From Ramazzottius varieornatus (taxonomy: Eukaryota; Animalia; Tardigrada): a stretch of 64,000 bases of DNA. The position numbers were made by a program, and so were the translations under genes. The stretch covers positions 1 to 64,000 of the forward strand of contig BDGG01000008.1 of the NCBI GenBank assembly GCA_001949185.1, read 5' to 3'. Below are positions 38,801 to 52,826 of the stretch, one piece after another. A model generated the notes under the pieces. That model saw nothing but the letters and a program-made list of their open reading frames with translations, was not told the origin of the DNA and searched no databases. Numbering within the stretch: the first letter of the stretch is position 1; every line of letters begins with the position of its first letter.

Positions 38801-41800
38801 GAATACGTGGTACTCCAAGCGCGGCTACTCCAGGCCACCGGTCAGTCAGACCAAGCTGTCAAGGTTCTCCGAGCAGCCATGGGACGACCCGGTGTCCGCC
38901 AGGCTTCGTCCCAGCAATACTTCACCATTCAGGACCGCTGTAGCGTTTTCCTTCAGCTACTCGCTGTATTTTACGCAACACGAAACTTTAAAGAAGCGAA
39001 AAAAATTCTGGACGAAACGGAAGTCCTGTTCTCTGACACTTCTCAGAATATCCGGGTGAAGTTGGCTCGTGTGGACTACCTTTCTCTAGTCGATCCAAAC
39101 TCATCGGACATTCCGGCGGTTCTGTTGTCGTTTGACCCGAGTCTTGAAGACCACTACTTCCGAGCGCAGGAGAAACTGGGCAGTTACTACCTGAAACTGG
39201 GGAACCAGAAAGATTACGTGGCGGTGCATGAAAGGCTTTTTGGTCAGATGGGCGGAAGTGCGGAAGCGTCGATTCTGTTGGGCAACGCTTATCTGAAGAT
39301 TAATAAGGTGAAAAAAGTGGCGAATTTTCGAGAATCTGTTGAATGTGTGAGGTATTTTTCGTAGGTCGATAAAGCCATACAAATCCTTCAAAAAGCCTTG
39401 CGGCGTGAGCCGGATAACCGGATGCTGGACGCGGCAATGGGATCGTTTTACACTAGGTGCCATATGTTTTCGAACGTAAGTTTCCTCGAGTGCGGTAGCC
39501 TTTCTTACTGGACGAACGTCGGTTTGTCATCTAAACTTCTGAGTTTTCTTTCAGGCCTTGAACTATTACGAAGCTGCAGTGAAGAAAGGAAACAAGGAAC
39601 TTCGGATGGAATATGGCAAGTTACTCGTCAAACTAAAGCGATTCGACAGGGCGGAAGTCGTCCTCCGAGAAATCATTGACGAAAAGGATCAAGGTGAGAA
39701 ATGCTTTTCATGTTTTTCACTTGTGTTAATAACAGAAAGTGGCGCCTTGTCAGTAATTTGCTCGTTCTCACAGGCGGCGACACGCAGAATGACCTTGTGA
39801 AAGTGCGAGCAGCTCTGTCGCTAGCAGCAGTATACGAAATGTTGGACACCGACATGGACGAGAGGATTCGATTGTGGAAGGAAACCTACAACCGAGCAGA
39901 AAGGTCAGTTCTTTAAAATGCCCTTTCATCTCTCACCGTACTTACAAGACCAGACTCGAACATAGCTCGATTTCATTTGCAGCCTACAGACCCGAAGTCG
40001 AAACGCGAGTACTGAAACTATGTCGGAAGCCACGGAGTTTTCATCTCGGTAAGTTGCTGCATAACGGGTTACATTGTCAGTTCTACTATGTATCTCATTC
40101 TTACCGTATACTGTAATGCTTCATGAACTTCGCGAAGCACGTCATCGTACGCGCGAAAGATCCCTTAGGGGGTTGGTAGGGCAAAATTTTCGGACCGGTA
40201 TTCAACTGTACGCGTATGACGACGTGGTTCGCGAAGTTTATGAAGCATTACAGTACGTGCATGAGTTCAGTATTTTTAGGGTACTGAACGCACTTGTGGA
40301 TGCTTACTTCAAAAAGCGCGAACCGAAACAAGCCATCCAGCTTTTGAAGCAGGCCCTGACGTCGTTTCCACCAGCCGAAAGTCCTTCTCTCCTCTGCCTT
40401 CTATCCTCCGCGCATCTGCAGTCTGCTGACGTCACCGAAGCCTACCGAACCATCCGCGAAGCTCAAAAGCTCCAACCCGACTTTCGCCAAGTCTACCTCA
40501 TCAGCGCAGACATCGCCATACGCCGCAAAGACTTCGACCACGCCGTCACGTTGTACCGAGAGTTTCTGGCAAAGTTCCCGGAAGACTATGTGAACATCGC
40601 TGAAGTCGCTCCGTCGTTGGCCAGATTAGGGAGCATACAGGTTCTCCGAAAGCACTTGGATGAGTTGTCGAACTCGGTCACGGTTCGGCATAGTCCGGGC
40701 TACAGTTTGTGCGAGGGACTGTGTCTACGATACACCGGTAGCATTGAAGCAGCCACGAAGGTGTTGAAGACGGTTCTCCAAGGGAAGAGCCAACTTAGTG
40801 CACCTGCCGGGAAAGCGCTGGTGGAAATGTTGTGCAATTTCGATTTTGAAATGGCCGGAAGCCAGTCTCTTCCGTCCAGCTCGACCACTACCGCACATGA
40901 CTTGACGAAAAGATGCGAAGAGATATACCAGGTACAGTGCCATCCGCGGCAAACTGTAATTCGTCCTAAGTTAACTCGTCGCACCGTGAATGCTGTCTGA
41001 TCCGGGTCTGAATGCTTTTCCAGAGTATTTCTGAGTCTTTGCGGAAGTCAAACCCGGGAGACGCGGTTCTGCTAAGTCTCCCTGTACTTTACGGTGGTGA
41101 TGTACCAAGACTACAGGCTTTGATCGATCAGCACAAAGCTACCGTCTCGAATGAGGTGTATACGTCGGTTAGAATCCTTTTTATATGCGATTAAGTATCG
41201 TGACAATCGTGTCATCGTAGAACATGCCGCCTTCCATCGGTTTCTTGCTGGCTTCAGCCTACCTTCTGTTGGGCTCCAAGGACGAAGGTGTCGCAGTCCT
41301 TCGGCACTTCGAGAAAACATACTGGAATAAAAAGGTACAGTACGCCTTTCCTTAACGTCTACGAGTGGTTAAGTTCTGCATGGGCATTTCTTCGACAGGA
41401 TGCCGATTACCTAGAGCGTATGTGGCTTTTACTAGCCGATAGTCAGGACATCACCAGGCGTAGTGACGAGGTCGCACAGCTGATATTCCGAGCTGTCGAG
41501 TACAACCGGGCATCCTACCTGACAAACATGTACGAAGGCTTTCACTGCGGTTCCACGAACCACGCGAAAGCAGCAGAGTGCTTTCGACGTGCCATGGAAG
41601 CCACCGGAGGACGGGACTTTGTCAGCGGGGAACGCTATGTGTGGTCCCAATTGAACGCCCATCGTCCCATGGAGGCCATCGACGGCTTGGCCGCGTTAGA
41701 GCGTTCTTGTGAGGCTGTCACCCAAGGAATGAAGCAACCTGGCTCGAATGTGATGACGACCGTCCACATGCTGCGAAGAAGAGCCCTGGCTGGTTTGGCA

Positions 41801-42044
41801 CTTCGACCGGAAGAGTCAGGAGGACGTCCTGATGGCGAAAGCATACGTCGTCATTCCCGATCGTAAGTCCGAATGACGAGAGTTTCTCAACTCGTTGTTT
41901 TCTCAAGTGGCGTCCACCTTCAGCTAATAGCTCTGAAATCGCGCGCCACTTGGGGAAGCAGCTTGGCTGAGTTTGTTTGTCGAGCTCCGAAATATCCTTT
42001 CGCTTCGATTGAATCTCTTTATATTCTGCAGGATAACAACATGA
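35888..42044 (+). CDS. TTC21B: TTC21B/IFT139-like TPR protein (IFT-A), divergent, many exons
   Basis: N-terminus FYLEWETYEQA...FLHATFSLLEGNITEALRDF, internal ASILLGNAYLKI and ALNYYEAAVK, C-terminal LERMWLLLAD...AVEYNRAS follow TTC21 motif order. The end is 41866 if unspliced, or 42044 via GTAAGT...CTGCAG intron 41863-42031. Confidence 0.75.
38060..38166. repeat. Short intronic palindrome with paired GTCACGTG / CACGTGAC motifs
   Basis: TACAGGTCG...GACGTCACGTG ... CACGTGACATC...CGACATTGTA in a TTC21B intron. Confidence 0.5.
40111..40253. mobile_element. Intronic MITE with about 43-bp TIRs
   Basis: TA-CTGTAATGCTTCATGAACTTCGCGAAGCACGTCATCGTACGCG / CGCGTATGACGACGTGGTTCGCGAAGTTTATGAAGCATTACAG-TA (4 mismatches). 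Confidence 0.85.
41864..41994. repeat. Intronic palindromic element, copy 8
   Basis: AGTGGCGTCC (41906-41915), 25 nt, GCGCGCCACT (41941-41950), inside the putative last TTC21B intron. Confidence 0.8.
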
Positions 42045-42461
42045 AGAGCTACGGCCAACGAGACTAATCGGGAAGACCAGACAGAAACAATTTTAAAATT
42101 CAAAAAAGCAATAATAAGGCATTAACTGGAAAAAGTGTTCTCTGGTACAGTATGAGTAATAGTGAACAGCCTGAAATTCCGAGAAAGAAAACGACGACAA
42201 AGCAAAGGCAAATTCTACCGAATTTTCCAAAAGCAATTTCCGCGGCAGTTGTTGGCTTCTTTGCTAGGGTTTCACAAGGCGGCAAGCAGCGAGGAACTTA
42301 AGGCCAAAAGACAAGTCAGACTTTCTCTCTTCTCAAAGCTGCCGGAAGACATAAAAGCAATCTGAAAGGGTTTGACAGCGCTGAGTGCAATCTTTGGGTA
42401 ATCAGGAGATTCGAGGGAAAATAACACACGGGGATTCCTTCCTCAGCTTTACTGTAGCTCC

Positions 42462-45400
42462 TCATTTACAAGAAACTTGGCTCTTCGTAACAGTAATTAC
42501 TTCCACCGACGTTCTCCTCACAACCTGTGATGAACTCACTAGTCGTAGTTGTGGTTCGCGGACCTTAAACCTTTTCGAATACAACTCCGTGTTCTCTTTT
42601 TCTGTGAAAGTACTGATCTGATGTGGTCTTCGCATGGGTGGGGAACTGACAGCAGCCGCCAGGTCCTTCTCTTCTTCACCATCTTTCTCTTCTTCACCAT
42701 CTGATACGATGATTGTGGCCGGTAGCATAGTCAGCTGTCCAGACTGTACCATCTGTGGCTGTTCTTCAAGCTTTGTCTTCTCGACTGTGGATGCTTGTGG
42801 TGAGGCGATGTTCTCGTTGTTGGCTCTGATGGTGGCGGTAGTGGCTTCCGTGAGAGGAGTCGTCATCCAAGGATGCTTCCGGCAACTCTCCAGTGGCATT
42901 CGGTTCCTGTAATGTAAAATCAACATTAGGGGAGCTTCTTCTTGCTGACTCGTAGTGATCAGTTCATAGTGGTTACTATAAAAAGCATGTCACTTGCCTG
43001 GGATTTTTCACTAGTAAGCGTTTTATAAAGTCAACGGCGGATGGCGATATGTCAGAAAATAAATCCTCGGGGAAATCACATATGCCATGGTTGATGTTGA
43101 CGTAGGTGCCTTGGTTGTCATCTCCAGCAAAGGGGGAGATGCCCGTCAGCAGAACGTAGGCTAAGACACCGATACTCCATAGATCGGTGGCCGTCGAGAT
43201 GGGATCAAAATTCAGAACTTCCGGGGCTAAAGAAAACATGCTAATAAACTGAAATAATAAAAAAACATTGCGGAAGATTAACACAGTCGGGCACGCATCC
43301 CTTACCGACATAATCAGGTGTCCCAAGGATTTCTCTCACTTCATGGCCATTGGACACTACTCTTGATATACCGAAATCACAGAGCTTTATAGTAAAGTCG
43401 CCAGTGCGGTAATCCTCGGAGGCTAAGAGGATGTTTGAGGGCTGCAAAGACAATCATTGCTACCATCTGCTCCGAATGTTACGACACTTGCGCGCATGCA
43501 GTAGCTGAAAGGGCTATTTTGTAAAGTTTCGGTATTCCTTACTTTGATATCGAGGTGGACAATATCCAATTTGTGAAGTTCATGCACAGCAACCAGCAGC
43601 TGTTCGATAATTTTTCTAACGTGATCCTCCTTGATGTCCTCCACATCATCACAGAGAATCTGCAGTTCACCTCCAGTGGCACTAACAAGGAAACGCAAGA
43701 TCACCCACAGAAGATGGACGGGAGCTCGGAAAGCAGACTCGACAAGACTGTTCTGCCAAGTGGCGCAAGTTTACAGTGTATTTACTGGTAGCGTGCACCA
43801 CCCATTAAAACAATCATTTCAAATTCCTTCACGGTCGTAAATATGGAAACGAGATGTGAACTTACAGTTCGAGTATAAGGGTAAAGTCGTGGTCATCCTC
43901 AAAGACTTCGTAGAGGTTTACGATGTAAGGGCTATGCGCGCAGTTTTCCAGGACGGCGATCTCGTGGACGACTTCCGGCTTGACCGTTTTGCCCCTTCTT
44001 CGCTTCTTGACGACCTTGGCTGCATACTGCTTTCCCGATGCTCGATGTGTTGCGTGGTATACGATGGCAAACTTGCCTCTGTAAAGAAAAACAACACCGC
44101 GATGTTATTTCTTGTCTTGATAAGTCATATTATATCACAATTATTCTTGCGTTCTTGTTTATTTTTTCTTCCACCACACACCGCTGTTTTCATTGCACAA
44201 CAACCACATCTTGCCATATATTCGTCAAAGATCAAACAGGCCATATCTGGTTTTTCTCGAGTGTTTACGAGGTTCTTGGTTACACACTGCGTTCAATGCT
44301 GATTACGGCTCTTTTCCACCTGGTTCCTCTTGGCTTTCCTAACAATGACTAACTGGTCTTCTGCATAAGGAAATAATTATACGTCAACTTAGCGGGCATT
44401 TCCATAATTCAAAAGGGGGTTGTTCACTCCACAACGCCAACATTTATTTACTTATGCTCCCTAGCTTATCATGATGGTACCTATTCATCAGCCAAACAAG
44501 CTCGACCGCCGAGCCATTGTCCAGTAAGGTTTGCTGACAGCGGCAAAAGAATAGTCATTGCGGAATGACAACGGAGTAATTATCTGCTGCCGAGAATTGC
44601 TTTAAACTTTATTGTTGAGTCATTGGCTGACACAAACACTACCATTAATATTAACGAAGGTTCTCGCGTCAGCCTTTCATGGACTTGCGAAACCGCGGAT
44701 GGGGAATGTGTCATGGACTCTGCCGAAGCCGGCAGTCAATAGGTGTCGATCCGTCGCGATCCTGCGTACACCAACTAGTGCAGTTACCAAGAAGGACATG
44801 TATGCAGGTGTCTGACAGGATCTGCCGCGGATCTGCGAACCGAGACTACCGTAGCTATTCCAGTACGCGTGTGACGAACGATCAAACGCTACTGGCCGGA
44901 TGTTACCCAGAACGCCGACTGTTAAGAATCTGAACAATTAGAAAGAGCGACCTAATGGTTGGCGGTCCTTCTCGTTCAAGCGTTACTTCTCAAGTAATGG
45001 CCAATGTTGCGGTCAGCCAGCCGCAAAGCACGGCAATTAAAAAGTCATTTATGACCATTAAAGAGCCTGCATTGCCCAGCACGGTGATCAATCCATGTTT
45101 CACAATAACATGATGGTCTCACACCGACCGGCCAAACCAGCCATGAACTGATAATGTATCGATGGAAAGAACAGCTAGGTTAGTGTAAAATGAAACGTTT
45201 AAAAAGCTTGAGAAGCCGCTTCACGCACATTACCCAAGTTTAAGGCATCAGCTCACGTTACGCCGCCACCATCATAGCCATAACCAAAATACCCACAGCT
45301 GCGAAAGTCACGGTCAAGATCGTCGCTACAAGTTTGCATCCGTGTAGGCATTCGAAAATGTCCCACAATTGACGGCTGACGCATTATGGCGTAAACTTTA

Positions 45401-48400
45401 GAGTTATTTTGGAGACCCGCCGTACTCTGTTTTGTCAATAAAAATTCCAGCACGCCCTTTCTCACGAGCCATTACGATAGTCATGCCGAAAAACTTCCCT
45501 TCATTAACTTCCGGTCATGCGACTAAAAAAGGAAACAGTTCCATTAGCATTCGGCATTCAAGATAGTGTCGTAAGCCTTCACTCGCCGTTCACGGCAGAC
45601 GTAAAGATCCTGGTCATCAACCACCCGCATACTCGCGCACAGGGTAGCCGAACGATTCGGTGTATGGGGAGTCGCGAGGAATCCCCACCTACATGTATAA
45701 AGCTTGAGTTCTGTTTTCTTACAGTAAGAAGACGTAGTGATATTTTCGAGCCTTGAAATTACACATGTTTCGAGCAAGGCGAGCATTCCATACTCTGCTC
45801 GGGCCGCACTCAAGTGCTACGATTTGAAAAGACCGCGAAAAAAGTCACGACATGCTGTCGACGCCTCCAACTTTTCACGAAATGGATCTCTCTCGCAAAA
45901 ACACGCTCGTAGTCACGAGAAATGCGATGAACGCACGACGTTCGTCTCCGTCGCCATTGCATAACTGCTCTCATTTTGGCGCACCGGCGAGCCGCCGAAC
46001 ATCTCCGGAATGTAATGTGCTCGCAGCAGTCGCGCTGACACCGCCGCCGTTTAAGATTAAAATGTTCTTTTGTGACCGCGCAATTACGAGCATTTCAATG
46101 GCAATCCATCCACCGAAAAACTCATATTAAATTTAAGGACCTTCCAGCCGGAAATGAACGCATCGCTTCTCCCGTCATCAACCCATTCACACATCCGTAG
46201 ACTAATTTCCACGGACCAAACACTCTCCAGGATTATGGTTATTACGTAACCGCACAATAGACCATAACGATGGCTTCCTCTAATTCTGACCGTTGGGCGT
46301 ATCATTCGTCCCAGCTGGAACGCGATCGATGCAACCGGAACTAATAGATACCCTTCAAACATACTGCAACAAAGAAAGCTTTTAGCTAATCCCCCCCTTT
46401 CCTAACTAGATACAAGTGTGCTCTGGATATTACAAACTATTCTTCTGTCCAAGAGTTCAAGTCCAGCAGCTGGTTACTCCAGTAGGCAAATATCAATGTT
46501 GGCTGACCCGTGGCGAGTGGACGCAAGACTCCCCCCTTGACAGGAAAATTAGCCGACTGCTTCTGACTCGATCTCCTTCACAGCAGACTACATGTACAGC
46601 ATCTAAGGAAAAGAGGACAAGGCTACGCTTTCTTAGGATGCACTGAAGCTTCATCGGGTTTAATCACTTCCTGCTGAATGGAAATTTTAAAGTGTAATTA
46701 CAAGAAGTGAAGACCTATTATTAGACCAGCATAAGTCAAATATCTCAGCCTCCATATCCATACGCTTCGTGCGTGATCAGCCAACTGGAATATTATACTG
46801 TAATCATCCTCCTTCAAGCCTCAACGAGATGTTCGCCATTTCACCGGATACTGTTGAGAAATAAATTCACCCAAGAATGAGCCACACAAGCCACAAGCCA
46901 TGTGAAACGCCATTGACGTCTCCCATAAACTATCAATCATGTATACAGGTATTGCATTCCTGTCAAGCGACACTGCAATACCTGTCTCAACAAGGAAGCT
47001 TTTACACTCCACTTTTACAACATCGAACATCATCCTTCCACTTTCCTTCAACGCCAAGAAACATCATTCCAGAAATTTCGTCAAGAAAACATGCAGAAAA
47101 CACATGGATCGTGGGCAAAGATTGTGGCAGATCGTTTTCTCGAAGGGCGCACCCTTCCATCCAATTGCAAAGAAAAGGTGCGCCACTCGAGCCAACAACC
47201 TGATTCAGTTTATTTGCCCACGTCCCACATAGAGCCCCTACTTTTTTTCGAATATTTGTTCACTGCTTTGGTTTCAAGTCTATTTTAAATGACTACTGAA
47301 TACCGGCGGCTTTCACGGACTTCCTGCTCATGCTGCCAACTGTGAAACGAGCAAATTGTTGGTTTCTTCATCTACGTAAATAATCCCTGTTGTTCGTCAG
47401 CACAAACGCTGGTGTTTACGATGGGTGACCATCAAGTCAACCATAAGCTCGGTGAGACAAGTGAGATTTTCAGTATGGGCCAAGGTACTCATCAGCATGT
47501 TCGTCCATTCCTTCCACCATTAAGCTTTGAAGGTGCTTGTTCGCCATGCACTTTCCTCGTTCGACGTGATCTTTCAACGGAGTATCCTGCATCAAGTAGC
47601 TCCAATTCATCCGTTGTTCTCCATTTAATTGTTCGTCTGTTTACTGTCATCACGCTGCGTGCTGACAGACAAACAAACCGAATATTTCATTTCAACTACC
47701 ATCTACGACAACACGAGTCTATCAAGACACGTTCTGCCGTTACTACTCTCCATTATCACGCGAAGACCCTTGGCCTGTGATAAAACAAGCACCGCATAGT
47801 GAGAAAACCAGCCGAGCGTTGCGAAGAACCTCTGAACCACCGTTCGCGGACTTCAAAAAATTCAGTTAATTTCCAAAAGTATTCCTCAGCAAGATCCTCT
47901 CCCATCCTTCTAGGTCAGACCACCAAGCTTAGTCATTTCGAAGGTGTTCATGCAGGCTGAATCTCTCATTTCGCCGTTCAAGGGGAGGATGAGTCGTGTT
48001 AGCGTCGGCCACCTTCAAGTCTGCAGCGGAACAAAAGAACCTCTAGGGAAGCTACGAAATTGGTAAATGCATAGATAATTAAGTTAGCTCGCGTTTCATT
48101 TCATTCGGTGCAACCAACCCCCAGCAAAGCTCAGCCGCAAGTTGAACGATGGGAAGATATGGAATTAGATGCGCGTTTAACGATACGAGACGATCCCGAC
48201 GCAGATAGCCAGATTCTTCGGCATAATCTGTCTTCCGAACAAACTACTTCCAAAGATTACCATAATCCGATGCATCCCACACGCTTGGGAGACAAAATCC
48301 CACGCATTTCGTAGTAGTAAGGGTATCGAAGGAACCACAGTCGCGAAAAAACTTCTCGCTGAATCCTCTTTCCAAGTTTTTGCTTCTTTGCTTCTTCGAT

Positions 48401-50628
48401 GTTTTTGGACGCAATATGCGCTTTGATTTTCGCATACAGGTTCGAGAAGGGAAGTACGCTGTTGGAATTTAGATCAAAACAGCGCCGCGACTTCACGTCG
48501 ACGCAAGAAGAGCACCTTGGTCAGACGTCGTCAGGTGGGACCGCATTAGTATGCGACAGGTCGCCATTTTTTCCAGTATAAATTCATTTACCAGTTCTTG
48601 AAAGCAGCTGGACAATGGTTTGTCGCCGTGATCGATCACAATTTCCCTGAGCACTTTTGACAAGTTCAGTCAGCAGCAAGACAGCGGAACACTGTCCACT
48701 ATCGAGCTTATTCAGGCCTGTCAAAGGCGGCAAGCAAGCACCGTCTGCCCAATGGAGGTGACTGCACGAGGCAACAAGCGTGACTCGGCCACCTTGGGGT
48801 AAACCAGCTTGTATGACGTCATGGCGATCCGTCCGCAGTGACGTAACACAGGCGAGATCTCGGGGTGACCGACTCATATCCTCTGCCCAGACAGATGAAA
48901 ATTCAGCACACATCTGCTGGTCAGTTTGCAGATTCAGTCGACCACATACTTGACAGGAAAACGGAAACACCAACGGATTAGAGGCAAGTGTCTGTGAATT
49001 CACTATGGAGTCTACTGAATTCAAAAGCGAGAGTGCACGATATCAAGTTAAAGCCAGACCAACCGGAAAATGAAGGAAACCGATCACCAGCCGACTTTCA
49101 AGTATAAAGTCAATATTTTGCCGTCAGTCTTGGATAATTTCCCTCTGATTTCTCAAGCACCGGTCCGACGACTATCATGCCTTTCTGAAGTCGGTTAGCG
49201 TTAATCGGGAGAGTTTCCTTTGTGTGCTATAAGGAGACTTTGACCACAGGATGCATTGTCAAGCGTCAAGCTGCACACTTGATTTTTCCTGCATGGGATG
49301 TTTACCTGACTGGCCAACACGACAGCTGCCAAATTTGGTTGGCCCATCTCCGGTTACAACTATCACACATCTACCCCGCTATTCTTCTTCCTGTCAAATT
49401 TACTTTGCCCGAAAAACCGGTTCTTCCCTCCGCTTTTCCCCTTCCTGAAACACTACAAGAAGAAACCTTATGAAAAATAATTTTCGGAATATTCAAAGTA
49501 GACCATCGATCGCGTAACTACCTCATGTGATGAACGGTGTGAGGCTCTCGGTAATCGAACAAGGGTATATTCTCCTTTGGAGAGCTCAAAATCAAAGCTA
49601 ATAAGCAAACCAGATTGCCATTCATCTTCTCACGCACGACACTCAATATTATTAATGCAATACACGAACAAGCCAGTCGGCGTTCTCTGAAGCCTTTCTA
49701 CGTTTTCAATATTCTTCCAGATACTCACAGAAGACAATGTAGCACAGAAATTCTAGACACCACTCAATGGCGAACACTTCACGCGAATATTTCGAAGTTC
49801 AAGCGAGGCTCTTCCATAGCATCTGTCGTCCAACATTTGATTGTGAGAAGACCATAAAGGTACTCTCGCCTTAATCAGGTCTCGCCGCGGTCATTTCGAC
49901 CAGTGGCTGCCCACAATACCTACAACGGCACTTGTCCTCCATAATCGAGCTATAAACCACAAAGAAGTGTGGTAAAACAGTGGACAAACGACCTCTTATA
50001 CCGTTGTTCGATATGAGAGAAATGCGCTCAACATGAGCATCGTTATAACCTTCCAACACAACAGAACACCGACGGTACAACTTGAACCAAATTACATAGG
50101 TATTTCACAATCCCTCCATGGAGCATGATCGACAATAGATGTCCCTGAAAGGCGCAATTCACGTTCCATAAGCGAAAGCGCGAAATCAAGCCTCTGAAGC
50201 CTGAAGAAATAATCGACCCGGAAAACGTGCTGTAATAGAATTTTGATCAAAACAAAATTAATCCTTCAGAAAATCATTTGTGTGTCATTTTGTTCTGTTC
50301 AACCCCCCCCCCCCCCAAAAAAAAANNNNNNNNNNNNNNNNNNNNNNNNNNNNNNNNNNNNNNNNNNNNNNNNNNACCCCCCCCCCCCCCAAAAAAAAAA
50401 ATAAGCAAAGAACCTTTTCGTGACCCTAGAGATGTTCGGCAGAACCAGCGCGCCAAACAGAATATTATCTCAAATTTTCGAAGACGTTACTGAATACTTT
50501 AGCTGGGTTTTTTCTTACCTGGCAATTTCTTTGCCTACATCATATTCCTCTTTGAGTTTAGTCGTCCGGATTGGCGTCTTGGTGGGTCCGGTCATAAGAC
50601 CCGAGTTATCTACACGCTTGTTGGCCAT
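42462..50628 (-). CDS. DRAK/STK17-family Ser/Thr kinase (DAPK-related)
   Basis: Exon 50628-50519 (MANKRVDN...[11 protein letters not shown]) splices over intron 44079-50518 to GKFAIV...[12 protein letters not shown]...HEIAVL. Further motifs: [71 protein letters not shown]. Confidence 0.93.
43712..43840. repeat. Intronic palindromic element, copy 9
   Basis: AGTGGCGCAA (43759-43768), 24 nt, GTGCACCACC (43793-43802), in a DRAK intron. Confidence 0.78.
47103..47231. repeat. Intronic palindromic element, copy 10
   Basis: AAGGGCGCAC (47143-47152), 25 nt with CCAAT, GTGCGCCACT (47178-47187). Arms CGTGGGCAAA (47110-47119) / TTTGCCCACG (47213-47222). Confidence 0.88.
50302..50401. other. Assembly gap flanked by poly-C/poly-A runs
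   Basis: 50 N with a C-run plus A-run on each side. Confidence 0.9.
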
Positions 50629-52826
50629 CAGGTCCAGGTGCGAAGTCAAAAAGAGTGATGGACAGAAGAAGAGCAAGCGTCAAATGACTATTCACGACGG
50701 AATGTCCGGTTGTCGAACCGCTCTCAAACCACAAGCTTGATACACTTTTCGCTATTCCAACCTTGAGATAACCGTACTGGTAACATTGGCCGCTCCAAAA
50801 TTGGCTAAAGATAACAGAGACCGTTAGCTAATCCGCCCGCGATATTCGACAGTGAATGCGTAACTGAGGCAAACAAGTATTGATTAAAATACAAAGGAAT
50901 ATATTTTCCCCTCACAGTATGCGCAACAGTTGCTTCTTCAGCCCGATATCGTTCTTGAGACGACGGAATGACAATCAGGCTCAGGCATGATGTAACTGAC
51001 GGTGGGGAAGATTCTTCGACTTGTTCGAGTGGAGAACGGAGACGGAATATCGACGTTCTGAAGATGATGATTCTGCAAAGAGAGGAGAAAGAACATACAT
51101 TTACTGTAGGGAGAAAAAACTACTGCTGCCAATAATGGATGACTTTATTAGTCAGCATGTACTGTAGAAGCAAGCACATTTTGACAGAAGCAAAAGCGCG
51201 TGGAGTGGAGGAGAAATATGTGTGGCGACGGAGAGTTGAGCGAGACGAACGTGCCAGCATCGAAGCGCTTCGGTGCAGATGTCACAAAATATACGCGACT
51301 TTCTCTCCTTTTTACACCAATACATTATAAACACGTTCGTCCAGCTCTGCCTCTCCATCGAGCATTTCTCGCCATACTCAAAATCAGAAGAAAAAATAAC
51401 AGTTAGCCCACGCAGAATTAATATCACGTCGAAGCGTTGCCTGAGTAAAGAGAATGCGCAAATTGCAGGAATTCGCCCCAACTGACGCACTGATTACTGC
51501 CTTTCTATAACGGTTGTGTCAAGGAGATTAATGGATTATAAGCTCGACTTACTGTTAAGGGTTCGTAGCGTAACAAGATGCAGGTGGGTAGGAGCTGGAT
51601 CTTAGAGTGAAGATTATGTTCACGAAATTATTCAGGGAGTATTCGGCGCATTCATCGGAAACTCTACACGAAATCTGGATGTCAACCGGAAAGCAGGTAG
51701 AGTTCAGTACAAGCAAGCCACACTTCCGTACCAAGATTTCGAGAGCAAAGGATTGGAAACACCTTCGACTGGAAGGCAAGAAGGACGGGGAAGATGGAAG
51801 GTGGATCGGAGGAATAATGGATTCACCGAGCAACGATGTAGACGCTCGAAAGAAGCACCACTGAAAAGAGTTATGAATTTTTGCTCGCTTGTCAGAGGCT
51901 CAGACTCAGAGTTGCTCGTTGAATGAAGTGGCAGTATCGACTCTGAAACTTGAACTCGTTTTGCTCTTGATTGCTACCAAAGGTAGTAGGGCTCGCGCAC
52001 AGCTACAAAACTCGTGAACAGTGAAATCAATCAAGAAAAGAGACTAGCACAAGACGCGTTCACGTGGTGCAGCGTACGTACGTGCACGCAGCATTGCCTC
52101 ATTCATCTTCCTCAATGGCAGCTGGATGGGCGTTGTCTTGTGGAATCAAAAACAGAAGCGGAAGATGGCGCACCGCACTCTTCAATCTTTATCCACCTGT
52201 CTAGATCTGGCTCTTCTGATTGAAAACATGCTGTTCATTAAGGCGCGATGATCAAGCTGAACTGGAAGCAAATTTTTCAAGTATTTAAATGATTTTTTAT
52301 GGGCCATCGTCCGCGATTCGTACTTTACGTTGTGACAAATAATCGCTTGTCCGATCCATCCGACTCCATTAACATTCGTCTAGAAATCCAGCGGACGACA
52401 GCGGCGAGAGACCTCACCGTTCTGTGGTTCCTGATACTGTATCTGCTAATGTCCGGCGGTTCGAGCCAACCACGACACTGCCAGTTGCGACTCGCGAGCA
52501 GCACAATAACGTCATCAACTCTATTCTTCATTAACATTGTACTATAGTCCATTCAGGTACAACTCACAATGAGATCAACGTAGTCCTACCGCATAAGAAA
52601 TCTATGATGACCAAGGACAAAAACTCAACTATCACGTGAAAACACAATCACAAAACAAGGGCCTTCTCGACTGACTAGACACAAGAGATGGAGCGGAGTA
52701 ATGGGGGAAACTGTAACATAAAGTCGCGAAGACGGCTAAAGTCTGCAGGAGGCATTGTCGGTGTGAAATGTTCTAGAGATCACAACATTATAGGACGCTA
52801 GCTATGAAGTTCATCCCAGTAAGCGA

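Noticed and set aside
39738-39747. Single AGTGGCGC-like half-sites (also near 45975, 52165, 57498, 61868)
   Set aside because: No partner at 24-25 nt and no arms, and one is in coding sequence. Not counted as family members.
44350-50270. Many 60-146 aa ORFs in the DRAK long intron
   Set aside because: No domain motifs or coherent exon chain. Consistent with random ORFs.
50302-50401. Duplicated poly-C/poly-A tract (G-quadruplex candidate)
   Set aside because: It straddles an N gap and is probably one homopolymer tract represented twice by the assembler.
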